This document shows, piece by piece, positions 46,289-55,855 of a DNA stretch of 64,000 bases. Both the position numbers and the translations under genes were made by a program. The stretch lies in assembly GCA_049903315.1 (NCBI GenBank), contig JBNGBT010000001.1, forward strand, positions 224,001 to 288,000, read 5' to 3'. The stretch is from Candidatus Cloacimonadota bacterium (GTDB taxonomy: Bacteria; Cloacimonadota; Cloacimonadia; JGIOTU-2). The notes below the pieces were generated by a model. It was not told the DNA's origin, did no database searches, and saw only the letters and a list, made by a program, of their open reading frames with translations. The first letter of the stretch is position 1. Each line of letters starts with the position of its first letter.

Positions 46289-47779
46289 CTATCTCTTGTA
46301 CTTCTCAACCAATTTCTGAAGCCTCTCACTCACATCATCCGGAACCATATCCCATGTAAATCTCCACACCCAATTATTTTCAACAGTGCCGGGTCGATTC
46401 ATGCGTGCTTCATGTCCCAGGCAGAGAATATCCTGTAACTGAATGATCGTCCAATTTGAAGGAGTCGAATACGCACACTCGATCATCTGCCAGCAGAAAG
46501 AATCTTTTTCATTATATTTAATATACTCGGTGAGGGTTTTGTAAATCTTGGGCTCATACTTTTTCAGATTTTCAAACCAGGTCTTCATGGTATCATTATC
46601 ATGTGTGCCGGGATACGTGATGGAATTCTCTTGAAATTCATGAGGACGCTGGTCGTGCTCCGCAAAGGAGTATTGCAGTATTTTCATTCCAGGGAAACCA
46701 AACTCATTCCGCAGCTCATTCACACGCGGAATAATGATCCCGAGATCTTCTGCAATAATAGGAAGCTCTCCAAGATGTTTCTTGATCGTAGAAAAGAAAT
46801 GTGCATCCGGTCCTTTGCCCCACTCACCTTTTTGAGCAGTTTTTGAGCCCGGCTTCACTTTCCAATAACGAATGAATCCGATAAAATGATCGATTCGTAT
46901 ATAATCTACAAGATCAAGCAAATGTGAAATCCGCTCACGCCACCAGAGGTAGTTATTCTGCTTCATTTTATCCCAATCATACAGAGGATTTCCCCAGAGC
47001 TGACCTTCTTTGGAGAATTCGTCGGGAGGTACTCCGGAAATCACAGTTGGATTTCCATCCTCATCAAGATAAAAAAGGTTTTGATGCACCCACACATCTG
47101 CGCTGTCATAAGCGACAAAAATAGGTATATCTCCAACGATCTGCACATTCTTTTTATAAGCATAATCACGCAACTCATGCCACTGAGTAGAGAAAAGATA
47201 CTGCACGAATTTGTAGTATCGTATCTGCTCTGCCAGTTTATTTCTGCATAAAATGAGTGCTTTTTCTTTTCTCATTCGCACATCTTTTTCCCATGTGTTC
47301 CATGAACGAAAGTCGTTTTGCTCTCGGATTGCAGCAAACAAACTAAAATCCTCGAGCCACGAAGAGTTCTCATAGCAGAAGGTGTCAAAATCTGATAAAC
47401 TTTTATGAGGTGCTCTATTCTGAAAAATCTGAAAAGCTTTTTTAAAAAGCGAATCTTTATACTCAATAACTTTATAAAAAACAACTTTGTGGTTGTCAAA
47501 TCCGAGATGATCTTCGATGTATTCTGGGGTCAGATATCCATGCTCTGAGAGTTTCTCCGGGCTTATCAAATAGGGATTGCCTGCGAAAGCCGAAATCGGG
47601 TTGTACGGCGAATTTCCGTAACCGGGATAATTGAGCGGAAGTATCTGCCAGAGTTTTTGCCCTGAAGCAGAGAGAAAATCTATGAATCTGTATGCTTCTG
47701 GTCCCATATCTCCAATACCGAATGTGCCCGGAAGAGAAGTAGGATGCAGTAAAATACCGCACGAACGTTTAAATTTCAT
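46289..47779 (-). CDS. malQ: 4-alpha-glucanotransferase (amylomaltase, GH77)
   Basis: RSCGILLHPTSLP, WQILPL, GDIPIFV..DSADVW, GVPPD.FS..GQLWGNP, RIDHF, IAEDLG, GTHDNDT. Confidence 0.97.
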   Translation of the reverse strand: MKFKRSCGILLHPTSLPGTFGIGDMGPEAYRFIDFLSASGQKLWQILPLNYPGYGNSPYNPISAFAGNPYLISPEKLSEHGYLTPEYIEDHLGFDNHKVVFYKVIEYKDSLFKKAFQIFQNRAPHKSLSDFDTFCYENSSWLEDFSLFAAIREQNDFRSWNTWEKDVRMRKEKALILCRNKLAEQIRYYKFVQYLFSTQWHELRDYAYKKNVQIVGDIPIFVAYDSADVWVHQNLFYLDEDGNPTVISGVPPDEFSKEGQLWGNPLYDWDKMKQNNYLWWRERISHLLDLVDYIRIDHFIGFIRYWKVKPGSKTAQKGEWGKGPDAHFFSTIKKHLGELPIIAEDLGIIIPRVNELRNEFGFPGMKILQYSFAEHDQRPHEFQENSITYPGTHDNDTMKTWFENLKKYEPKIYKTLTEYIKYNEKDSFCWQMIECAYSTPSNWTIIQLQDILCLGHEARMNRPGTVENNWVWRFTWDMVPDDVSERLQKLVEKYKR

Positions 47780-47830
47780 GGTAACCTCTTGAAATTAAGT
47801 TGGTTAGGAATTCAAAGAATGGGTATCAAA

Positions 47831-47861
47831 TGTCAATATTTCTTTTTTATGAAAATTGACA
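47831..47861. promoter_or_regulatory. Back-to-back divergent -35 elements (malQ and the 47917 gene)
   Basis: TGTCAA at 47831-47836 and TTGACA at 47856-47861. Confidence 0.5.
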
Positions 47862-47916
47862 ATCATTGGCTGGATATATGCATTCGAATTACTGATTAAA
47901 AACGGGAGCTAAAAAT

Positions 47917-48744
47917 ATGAAAAAATTACTAAGCTGTTGTATGATCTTAAGTTTGATGATTATCCTCATCTCATGCACCAATACTGATAAAAAATCTGAA
48001 CAGAGTTTCTGGATCGAAAACTATTTTAAGCAGGACTGCGTAATCACGCCTTTGCCTGGTGAATCGGTTATAAAAGCCCGTGTAGATGGAGAATGGAAAG
48101 AGTTCAATCTTGTGGAATTTCCAGAGAAGTTCATGGAATGGGATGCAGGAAAAAGGATTGAAACCCTGGATAGATTCTTGCAGATGAAACCACCAGAACT
48201 TGCCGGACCACACAACGGTATCGTTGCGACATATGGATATAAACGGGATGATTCTCAATTCAAACTGAACAACGCTGTCAAAGGAATGGGATTTTTGCCG
48301 AAAGCGGAAAAACTCCCGGAACTCATCCAATTAATGAAAGATACTTCTGATTCAACATTTGTACAAAAACTGGAAGTGCTCCGCTATTTTTATACAAATG
48401 TCGATTCATTGTTTGATCTTGATAGGCAGGTTTCGCTCGAATTATATGCAACTCCCGAATTCGAAACGCAAACATTCCTCAACCAGATGACTGATCCTTC
48501 CTCAACGATTGTATTCCTGGATATACCCTCTTATAAACTGAAAACGATTGCACGTTTGCTTCATCCTGATGATCCTGATTTGACAGAATATGAGAAACTG
48601 GTTGTGCGTTATATCAATGATGTGCACAGCTATTTTCATGGAAAATTCCCACGGGATTATCCTGCAGTAATATATTATGTTTCAGAAATTTATGATAATT
48701 CTCCAGGCAGAAATGATGCAATGGGCAGGAGGATCGTACCGTAA
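47917..48744 (+). CDS. Lipoprotein, possibly pyridoxamine-5'-phosphate-oxidase-like split barrel
   Basis: Lipobox LISC; TQTFLNQM..P...IVF...PSY pattern only loosely recalls the PNPOx-like fold. Confidence 0.45.
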   Translation: MKKLLSCCMILSLMIILISCTNTDKKSEQSFWIENYFKQDCVITPLPGESVIKARVDGEWKEFNLVEFPEKFMEWDAGKRIETLDRFLQMKPPELAGPHNGIVATYGYKRDDSQFKLNNAVKGMGFLPKAEKLPELIQLMKDTSDSTFVQKLEVLRYFYTNVDSLFDLDRQVSLELYATPEFETQTFLNQMTDPSSTIVFLDIPSYKLKTIARLLHPDDPDLTEYEKLVVRYINDVHSYFHGKFPRDYPAVIYYVSEIYDNSPGRNDAMGRRIVP

Positions 48745-48761
48745 TATCGATTTTGGATGAC

Positions 48762-48803
48762 AAAAAAAAGAAGGTTCGATTGGCAAATCGAACCTTTGGT
48801 TTT
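48762..48803. terminator. Bidirectional terminator between convergent genes
   Basis: aaggttcgatt-ggca-aatcgaacctt flanked by an A-run and a T-run. Confidence 0.8.
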
Positions 48804-48818
48804 ATAAAAATAGAGTAA

Positions 48819-50087
48819 CTACTCAATCACTTTCACATAAATTTCGGTTTTCAGTTTCGTTATCCATTCATCGATCGCTTCTTGCTGTTTCTGCTGAAAC
48901 ACGATCTGCTCTAATTGTGGCGCTATTTCTTCATAGGTGTATGGGCGCGGCTCTGCATATCCGATATTTTTAAAGATATAATAAGTATCATCAATTTCAA
49001 GTGGTTCGGTAAATTCACCCTCTTGCAGATTCTCAATATATGCACCGATCTGGGGTATTTGTGCCAATTGGTCAATAGGATATTCATCAATGATAACCTC
49101 TTCACCAGTTTCTTCATTCGGTGTGGAATATTGTATCGCACATTCCATGAAATCTGCGCCATTTTGCAGTTTTTGATACACTTCATCTATAAGTTCAGTG
49201 ATCTTCGCTTTATCACTATCGGACATTGCTGCTTCGATAAGAATATGCCGTGCTTTTATCTCGCCGTCTCGTTTATCATCAACTCTAATAAGATGGTAGC
49301 CAAATTCCGTAAGCACTAGTTCACTGACTTCACCAACCTCGAGCGCAAAAGCAGCTTCCTCAAATTCGGGAACCATTTGTCCTCGTGAGAAATACCCGAG
49401 ATCACCACCCTGGGCTGCCGAAGGACAGTCAGAATAAGTCTGCGCAAGAGTCTCAAAATCAGCGCCTTTATTCAACTCGTCCTGGATATCCTCGATTTTT
49501 TTCAGTGCTTGATCAAGACTCTCGGTGCCTTTTGCCGGTTTAATAGATATTTCTGCGATCCTCACCATTTTGGGTCTGTTTGGAAAGCTATCCAGATGAG
49601 TCTCGTAGTACTGTCTCTTTTCGTATTCGGAGACATCGATTTGAGAAAAAACCTCTTGCTGAAGTAGTTTATCCCGCACAACCTGTTTTGCGATTTGATC
49701 TCTATAGCGTTCTTTTAATTCATCTACAGAGAGTCCTTCCTTTTGGAGTACTTGCAGGAAATCCTGATACGTGGGAAACTGTGCAATTATATTTTGCATA
49801 ACTCGTTCAAGCTGCATCTCAATCTCACCATCTGATGCAGTGATATCATCCCGTTCTGCTTTTTCCGTTATGAGTTTTTCCTCGATCAGCAAGCGCAGAA
49901 TGTTCTCTTTTGTCACATTCTCTCCAAGTGCTGAGGATGCTTTCAGTTCCTGGTAATTTGACTCAATTTCTGATTTCAGAATTATCTGGTTACCAACGAT
50001 CGCAGCGATGCCGTCCACTTCTTCTGCTGAGAGGACACTACTGATGGTCAGAATAAAAATGAATAAGAGAGTGTGTAAAAATTTCAT
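48819..50087 (-). CDS. surA: SurA-like chaperone/peptidyl-prolyl isomerase
   Basis: VDGIAAIVG..IILKSE; parvulin GADFETLA..YSDCPSAAQGGDLG...MVPEFE...TEFGYHLI; ATG 50087. Confidence 0.85.
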   Translation of the reverse strand: MKFLHTLLFIFILTISSVLSAEEVDGIAAIVGNQIILKSEIESNYQELKASSALGENVTKENILRLLIEEKLITEKAERDDITASDGEIEMQLERVMQNIIAQFPTYQDFLQVLQKEGLSVDELKERYRDQIAKQVVRDKLLQQEVFSQIDVSEYEKRQYYETHLDSFPNRPKMVRIAEISIKPAKGTESLDQALKKIEDIQDELNKGADFETLAQTYSDCPSAAQGGDLGYFSRGQMVPEFEEAAFALEVGEVSELVLTEFGYHLIRVDDKRDGEIKARHILIEAAMSDSDKAKITELIDEVYQKLQNGADFMECAIQYSTPNEETGEEVIIDEYPIDQLAQIPQIGAYIENLQEGEFTEPLEIDDTYYIFKNIGYAEPRPYTYEEIAPQLEQIVFQQKQQEAIDEWITKLKTEIYVKVIE

Positions 50088-50094
50088 ATTTTTC

Positions 50095-50886
50095 CTAATA
50101 AATCTTAACTTTGTAACTGATTTCAAGACTATCCAGGGCATTAGCTAAAAACTCTTCGCGTTTGATCTCGAGAAGTTGTATAAGAAGAGTGTCGCTTATT
50201 TCCTGGAAAGGTACAGGGGCACTTTCTTCCACAACATCAAGAAGCTGGACGATCTTAAGTTTCGCTTCATCTTCAATAATTCGGATATGCCATTTCTTCA
50301 TGCCCGAAACGAACTCCCAGAATGGTGATGTGACCTCGTTTCTTGATATTGTTCTTACAAGATAATTGGACCCAAAATTTTTTGCAACGGTATAAAAAGC
50401 TTCACCTTCGTTAAAGAGTTTTATGGCAGAGTCGGCAATAGCCCAGGTTGGTACAATGAATTGCTGGATTTTGTATAACGTTCTATCTTCCAGAAAATCA
50501 TTTCTATGCAGGTTGTAGTATTCCAGAACTTCATCTCGAGACACAGAAACATCCTTGAGTTTTTTAGCAAGGACTTCATTTGCAAGAAGTGTTCTTTCCG
50601 CATATTTGATGTTGAATTTCACTTCCGGGATTTTATCCAATCCGAGTTTTTCCGCTTCCTGTGCAAGAAGGGTGATCTCTATCCAATCATTGATAACATT
50701 ATTCTTTTCTTCAGGAGTAGCTCTTAACCATTCTTCTTCTGTGAAAAGAGAGCGGAATTCGTGTTCATAGAGTTTATCATTGTTCACCTCCGCTACAACG
50801 ATGCCCTTCTTACTCTCCTCTTGATTGCATTGGAGGATCAATAAGATAAGAATCAGACACAGCAATAAACTAAAAATTTTCTTCAT
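50095..50886 (-). CDS. PPIase/SurA-N-like exported protein (degenerate parvulin)
   Basis: VVAEVN...LLAQEAEKLGL...EVLEYYNLH...F; possible lipoprotein. Confidence 0.65.
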   Translation of the reverse strand: MKKIFSLLLCLILILLILQCNQEESKKGIVVAEVNNDKLYEHEFRSLFTEEEWLRATPEEKNNVINDWIEITLLAQEAEKLGLDKIPEVKFNIKYAERTLLANEVLAKKLKDVSVSRDEVLEYYNLHRNDFLEDRTLYKIQQFIVPTWAIADSAIKLFNEGEAFYTVAKNFGSNYLVRTISRNEVTSPFWEFVSGMKKWHIRIIEDEAKLKIVQLLDVVEESAPVPFQEISDTLLIQLLEIKREEFLANALDSLEISYKVKIY

Positions 50887-52213
50887 ATTTTTCAATAATT
50901 ATGTCATATTCATTGATAACATTATTGAACCAGTCCATATACTTTTGATTGGTCAGTTCAATATTAATATCATAATGAACTTCGGAAAGAGGTTGCTGAA
51001 CATTGTTCACCATAAATTCACCTTTATGAGCATCATAGAAATTTTGTATCTCAGCTTCGCTGACCTGCATTGCGGGATTGATAACATTATTATAAACCTG
51101 CTGAACGACGTAATCGTCCCAATTCGTGTCGAATTCCTGTGACTGTGCTTCCCATTGAGAGATGAAACTCATTGATGACTCATAGTTTTCATTGAGCGCG
51201 GTTCTGTAGAGGAATTCCTGGAGGGCGATCTGTGTGGTGATATCTCTATAGTCGAGAAATGCAAGATTCACCCTTTGTTCTGGGGTGAGGAAGAAGTCGA
51301 GATATTTTTTGAGCATGCCGAAGAGAAGCTGCATGTTACCTTTTGTGGCAACGACAAGTTCATCATTTGCGGCGGTTTGAGAAGCAAGCCCTTTCTCAAG
51401 ATTTGTATCATTAATAATGATGTCCTCTTTGAAGGTTTCAAGATAATCATTTAAATAAGATTGCTCTTTTTCATTTTGAATTGTTGTTCCAGATTCCTCT
51501 CTTATTTCTTCAAGAGTAGGATCATCATATCGTTTGATAATGTAAAAGCCGTAGTTTGTCAGCACTGGCTCGGTAAATTCACCAATCTCCGGAACAGTAC
51601 TTTCATAGGGTATGATATTCTGCAAAATTTCCAATTTGAGCAATTCTGCTTTATTGTTCGGTGTGCGATATGCCTTATCCGTATATTTTTTTTGCAGATT
51701 TTCAAAATCAGCACCATTCTGAAGTTTTTCGAACGCCTGGTAAATTTCTGTTTCTGCTTTTACCGTGTCATCCTTGACTGGTATGAAGATCGTCCTGATC
51801 TTCACATAAGGATTTTCATCAAGATATTCCAGCAGCTCGTCATCAGAAATAGTGATGTTGGTTTTTACAATATCCTCGAGCATTGTGTTGATAAGTAATT
51901 CCTTGCGGAGCTCGTTTTTTTGCCAGTCGAAATCTGTATTGAATCCTGGCTCATTAACCATTCCGGTTTTCTGTGCATATATCTGAGCAATATTATTATT
52001 GATAAGTTGGTCGAGAATGAGAACGGCATCATTCTGAGTGAGTTCCATGTTATACATGGCGGCTGTATTTTCCACCTCAGATAAATAAATCGGTTTATCA
52101 TTTACTTTTGCAAGAAGCACATCTGTATCTTTTCGCACGAAATTATTGATTATAATGAGTGCGGCAGCGACGATAACAATGACAATGAGAATAATTTTGG
52201 TAGATTTTTTCAT
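50870..52213 (-). CDS. PrsA/PpiC-type peptidyl-prolyl isomerase-like protein
   Basis: N-terminal anchor, LAKVN, GADFENL, EPVLTNYGFYIIK. Confidence 0.7.
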   Translation of the reverse strand: MKKSTKIILIVIVIVAAALIIINNFVRKDTDVLLAKVNDKPIYLSEVENTAAMYNMELTQNDAVLILDQLINNNIAQIYAQKTGMVNEPGFNTDFDWQKNELRKELLINTMLEDIVKTNITISDDELLEYLDENPYVKIRTIFIPVKDDTVKAETEIYQAFEKLQNGADFENLQKKYTDKAYRTPNNKAELLKLEILQNIIPYESTVPEIGEFTEPVLTNYGFYIIKRYDDPTLEEIREESGTTIQNEKEQSYLNDYLETFKEDIIINDTNLEKGLASQTAANDELVVATKGNMQLLFGMLKKYLDFFLTPEQRVNLAFLDYRDITTQIALQEFLYRTALNENYESSMSFISQWEAQSQEFDTNWDDYVVQQVYNNVINPAMQVSEAEIQNFYDAHKGEFMVNNVQQPLSEVHYDINIELTNQKYMDWFNNVINEYDIIIEKYEENF

Positions 52214-52224
52214 GTAAATCCTTC

Positions 52225-55200
52225 TTATGTTTGATCAGGTTTTTTCTTACCTAATATTTTAATCATTTGAATGCAAACCTCAAAGTTCTCCTTGAAACTG
52301 TCAATTTTATTGTGGGAGAGCTTGATCGTGATTTTTGCCCCTTTTGTCATGTTGAATTGGACGTCATGTGGCATATTTTTTATGATATCTTCGATCTTGG
52401 TTTTCGTCAGCACTGTGGAATCTACTTCTATCGTGATCTTTCTTTTTCCGATAAATAAGGAGGAGATGGAAGACTTTGCTACCCAGTACGACACATGAAA
52501 GTAGAAAAAAACATATTGTGCAGATTGTGGGAGCGGACCAAACCGGTCGCGCATTTCTTCCTGTAAAGATTGAAAATTTGCTTCGTCATCAGCAATATTC
52601 AGGCGTTTATAAAAATCAAGACGTGTCGCATCATCCTCGATATAATATTCCGGCAAAGAAAAGGGGATTTCGCATTGTATTTTTGTGTGAAAGCGCTCTG
52701 TATCAAAAATGTCTTTATCCTCACCTTTTTTGATCTTCTCGATAGCTCGTTTCAGAAGCTGGTTATAGAAGTTCATACCGATCGTGTTCATGATACCATG
52801 CTGTTTTTTGCCGAGAATATTGCCTGCACCGCGTATTTCAAGATCGCGCATTGCGATATGTAAACCCGAGCCGAGAGCTTCATGCTGTTCAATAGTTCTC
52901 AATCGTTCATCCGCAGTTTTTGTTGTCTTCTTAGGCACAATGAGATAGGCATATGCCTGGTGATCCGAACGCCCGACACGACCCCGCAATTGATAGAGTT
53001 GTGCAAGTCCGAATTTATCAGCACGGTTTATTATGATTGTATTCACGTTGGGAATATCGATGCCCGATTCAATAATTGTGGTGCACACAAGCACATCAAA
53101 TGTGTGATGATAAAAATCCATCATGACCTGCTCGAGCTCTCTTGCAGACATCTGTGCATGAGCAACACGGAAACTGACATCCTTCATAAGCGCACTGAGC
53201 TTTTCTTCCATGCCATATATTGTTTCAACTCTGTTATGAAGAAAGAAAACCTGCCCCTGCCTGTCGATCTCTCTGCGGATCGAGGAGATGATCAGCTCCT
53301 CATTGTATTCGATCACAGCAGTACGCACGGGAAGACGGTTTTCGGGAGGTACGTTCATGATCGTCATGTCCTTGACGCCTGTAAGAGCCATATTCAGCGT
53401 TCTGGGAATTGGTGTTGCAGAGAGCATGAGCACATCCACATTATGTTTGAGCGCTTTCAGCCGTTCTTTATGACGTACTCCGAAGCGCTGTTCTTCGTCG
53501 ATAATAATAAGCCCGAGTTCTTTGAATTGTATATCCTTAGAAAGCAGGCGGTGTGTACCGATAATGATATCAACTTCCCCGTATTTGATCCTGTCTATGA
53601 TAACTTTCTGTTTGTTGGGCGTGACAAATCTGCTCAACATCTCGATGCGAACCGGATAGTCCTTCAGGCGTTCAGAAAACGTCACATAATGCTGCTCTGC
53701 GAGAATCGTGGTTGGGACGAGGAATGCAACCTGTTTGCTGTCCATTACTGCTTTAAATGCTGCCCGTATTGCAACTTCTGTTTTTCCAAATCCTACATCA
53801 CCGCAGATAAGCCGTTCCATCGGGATTGCAGTTTCCATATCTGCTTTTACTTCTTCTGTGGCTTTGATCTGGTCTATTGTATCTTCGTAAATGAAAGAAG
53901 ATTCCACATCTTTTTGCCACTCGGTATCATCAGAAAATGCGTAGCCAGCAGCAATTTTTCTCTGGGCATAAAGATACAGCAGTTCTGCTGCGATCTGCTC
54001 GACATCCTTTTTGAGTTTCTTCTTGGTTGTTTCCCAACGGGTGCTGTCCAGCTTATGCAACTCGGGAATGATGCCTTCCTGAGTAACAAATTTGGCAACC
54101 TGCTGAAGCTGATCAGTCGGAACATAGACCTTATCATTGTCTGCATATTGAAGCAGAAGGCAGTCCATATTTCGTTCCTGTACCGAGATATTCTCGATAC
54201 CTTGAAAAATCCCGATACCATAATCTATATGAACGATATAATCACCAGGCTTAAGGGCTTCGTAGTCGGAAAGCGCTTCTGCCTTTTTAAAATGCGCAAA
54301 CCTGCGTTTTTGCCTGTATCGGTTAAAAATTTCATGATCTGTGAAAACTGCGAGCGCTGCATCTTCAAGAATAAAACCTTTCTGAAATACCCCGACATGG
54401 AATTGAATCCTATCCTCAAAATCAGAAAGCATTGTCTGCATTCGGTTGCTCTGGCTCAGGTTATCGGACTGGATGAAGATTGAAAAATTATTTTTCAGAA
54501 GTTGTTCAATATCAGCAGTAAGCAGTTCCAATTTGCTGTTATAGTTCATTTGAGCTTTGCACGAGAAGTCTATATACGATCTTACTTCGATAATATCAGC
54601 TTGCGTAAGATGAAGTGTGTGGAAGTTGTTCAATTCCAGATCAGCTTGCTTTTTGAAAAGAGTGTGCGGTTCCGGGACGGGTACATTTTTTACATGTGAG
54701 ATCTTTTTCTCATAATTCTCTTGAACTTCATCAAGGAGATGTGCCTGGGCACCTGCAAATTTTTCTTCATCATCCAGAGCTACAATACAATTTTCCGGAG
54801 TAAAGTAGGATAGAAACGACGATGTATTCTCAAGAAGCATTGAAATATCATGCTCGATTCCCTCATAAAAGCCGTTCTCTGCGATTCTATTCTGAAGGCG
54901 TTCGGGAATATCTGATTTTAAGTATTCCAAAGAAAGTTCGCGTATTGGTTGTGCGATTATCTCAGTAAGTTTTTCTCTCAATGAAAGCTGGGAAGAAAGG
55001 TCGAATTCTCGTATCGAAGTTATCTCATCGCCCCAGAATTCCAACCTGAGAGGATTTATATATTGCGGTGAGAAAATATCAAGAATGCCGCCGCGTTTGC
55101 TTATCTCGCCTGCCTGCGTGACTTGTGAAGTATTCTGGTAACCAGCGGATACAAGATGCGAGAGGATTGCATCGATATTATATTCTTTATTTTTTTCAAG

Positions 55201-55626
55201 TTTGAGAAGAAGTTTCCTGTATGTTTCAGAATGACTGATTGTTCGAAGAAGTTCTTTTATTGAAACAACATACATGCCGATCTTTCCCGAAGCTGCTGCC
55301 GAAAGAGTGTTGCTTCGTTCGAGCTGTACTGTTTTTCTTGGAGAGAATGGCTCATAGGGAAGTAACTCATAGCCCGAGAGGTGGAATATTTTTTCCCTTC
55401 CAAGAAGTACTTCAAGGTCGTCACAGGCATTTTGGGCAATGGAATCATTTTCCGCAACAAGAAATATAGATTTTTCAGAATTGCTGAAAACGTGACTGAG
55501 TGCAAGTGCTTTTGCCGAGTTGTTCAAACCGGAAATACGGAATTTTTGCGCAGTATCTGCCAGTTGAAGCAATCTCGTAAATTGTCTCGATCTGTTGAGA
55601 TACGTTTTTATTTTATTATAAAGCAT
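52225..55626 (-). CDS. mfd: Transcription-repair coupling factor
   Basis: RGGILDIFS, GDYIVHIDYGIG, CGDVGFGKTEVA, DEEQRFGV, SATPIPRTL, QLRGRVGR, RDLEIRGAGN. Confidence 0.98.
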   Translation of the reverse strand: MLYNKIKTYLNRSRQFTRLLQLADTAQKFRISGLNNSAKALALSHVFSNSEKSIFLVAENDSIAQNACDDLEVLLGREKIFHLSGYELLPYEPFSPRKTVQLERSNTLSAAASGKIGMYVVSIKELLRTISHSETYRKLLLKLEKNKEYNIDAILSHLVSAGYQNTSQVTQAGEISKRGGILDIFSPQYINPLRLEFWGDEITSIREFDLSSQLSLREKLTEIIAQPIRELSLEYLKSDIPERLQNRIAENGFYEGIEHDISMLLENTSSFLSYFTPENCIVALDDEEKFAGAQAHLLDEVQENYEKKISHVKNVPVPEPHTLFKKQADLELNNFHTLHLTQADIIEVRSYIDFSCKAQMNYNSKLELLTADIEQLLKNNFSIFIQSDNLSQSNRMQTMLSDFEDRIQFHVGVFQKGFILEDAALAVFTDHEIFNRYRQKRRFAHFKKAEALSDYEALKPGDYIVHIDYGIGIFQGIENISVQERNMDCLLLQYADNDKVYVPTDQLQQVAKFVTQEGIIPELHKLDSTRWETTKKKLKKDVEQIAAELLYLYAQRKIAAGYAFSDDTEWQKDVESSFIYEDTIDQIKATEEVKADMETAIPMERLICGDVGFGKTEVAIRAAFKAVMDSKQVAFLVPTTILAEQHYVTFSERLKDYPVRIEMLSRFVTPNKQKVIIDRIKYGEVDIIIGTHRLLSKDIQFKELGLIIIDEEQRFGVRHKERLKALKHNVDVLMLSATPIPRTLNMALTGVKDMTIMNVPPENRLPVRTAVIEYNEELIISSIRREIDRQGQVFFLHNRVETIYGMEEKLSALMKDVSFRVAHAQMSARELEQVMMDFYHHTFDVLVCTTIIESGIDIPNVNTIIINRADKFGLAQLYQLRGRVGRSDHQAYAYLIVPKKTTKTADERLRTIEQHEALGSGLHIAMRDLEIRGAGNILGKKQHGIMNTIGMNFYNQLLKRAIEKIKKGEDKDIFDTERFHTKIQCEIPFSLPEYYIEDDATRLDFYKRLNIADDEANFQSLQEEMRDRFGPLPQSAQYVFFYFHVSYWVAKSSISSLFIGKRKITIEVDSTVLTKTKIEDIIKNMPHDVQFNMTKGAKITIKLSHNKIDSFKENFEVCIQMIKILGKKKPDQT

Positions 55627-55855
55627 GAGTGAATATTTTATATTTTAGGTTGCATTTCTGATGAACAATATTTCGGGGTGGAGTTATTTATTCGCAAGTT
55701 TTCTGATAGAATGATAAAAAAAGTGTATGAAAAGTTTGACAGAATAATGAAGGGACCTTTTTACGATTTTGGAGTTAAAATGTTAAGGATTTATAATCAT
55801 CAAAGAACAAATTTCTTTAAGACAGGAGCAGTTTATTTGTATATATAGGGGTATT

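Noticed and set aside
52882..54483. 533-aa + strand ORF
   Set aside because: Lies entirely antisense to the conserved helicase core of mfd and has no recognisable motifs; a shadow ORF.
48819..55626. mfd followed by three PPIase-like genes as a novel system
   Set aside because: mfd next to SurA/PrsA-type genes is a familiar housekeeping arrangement.
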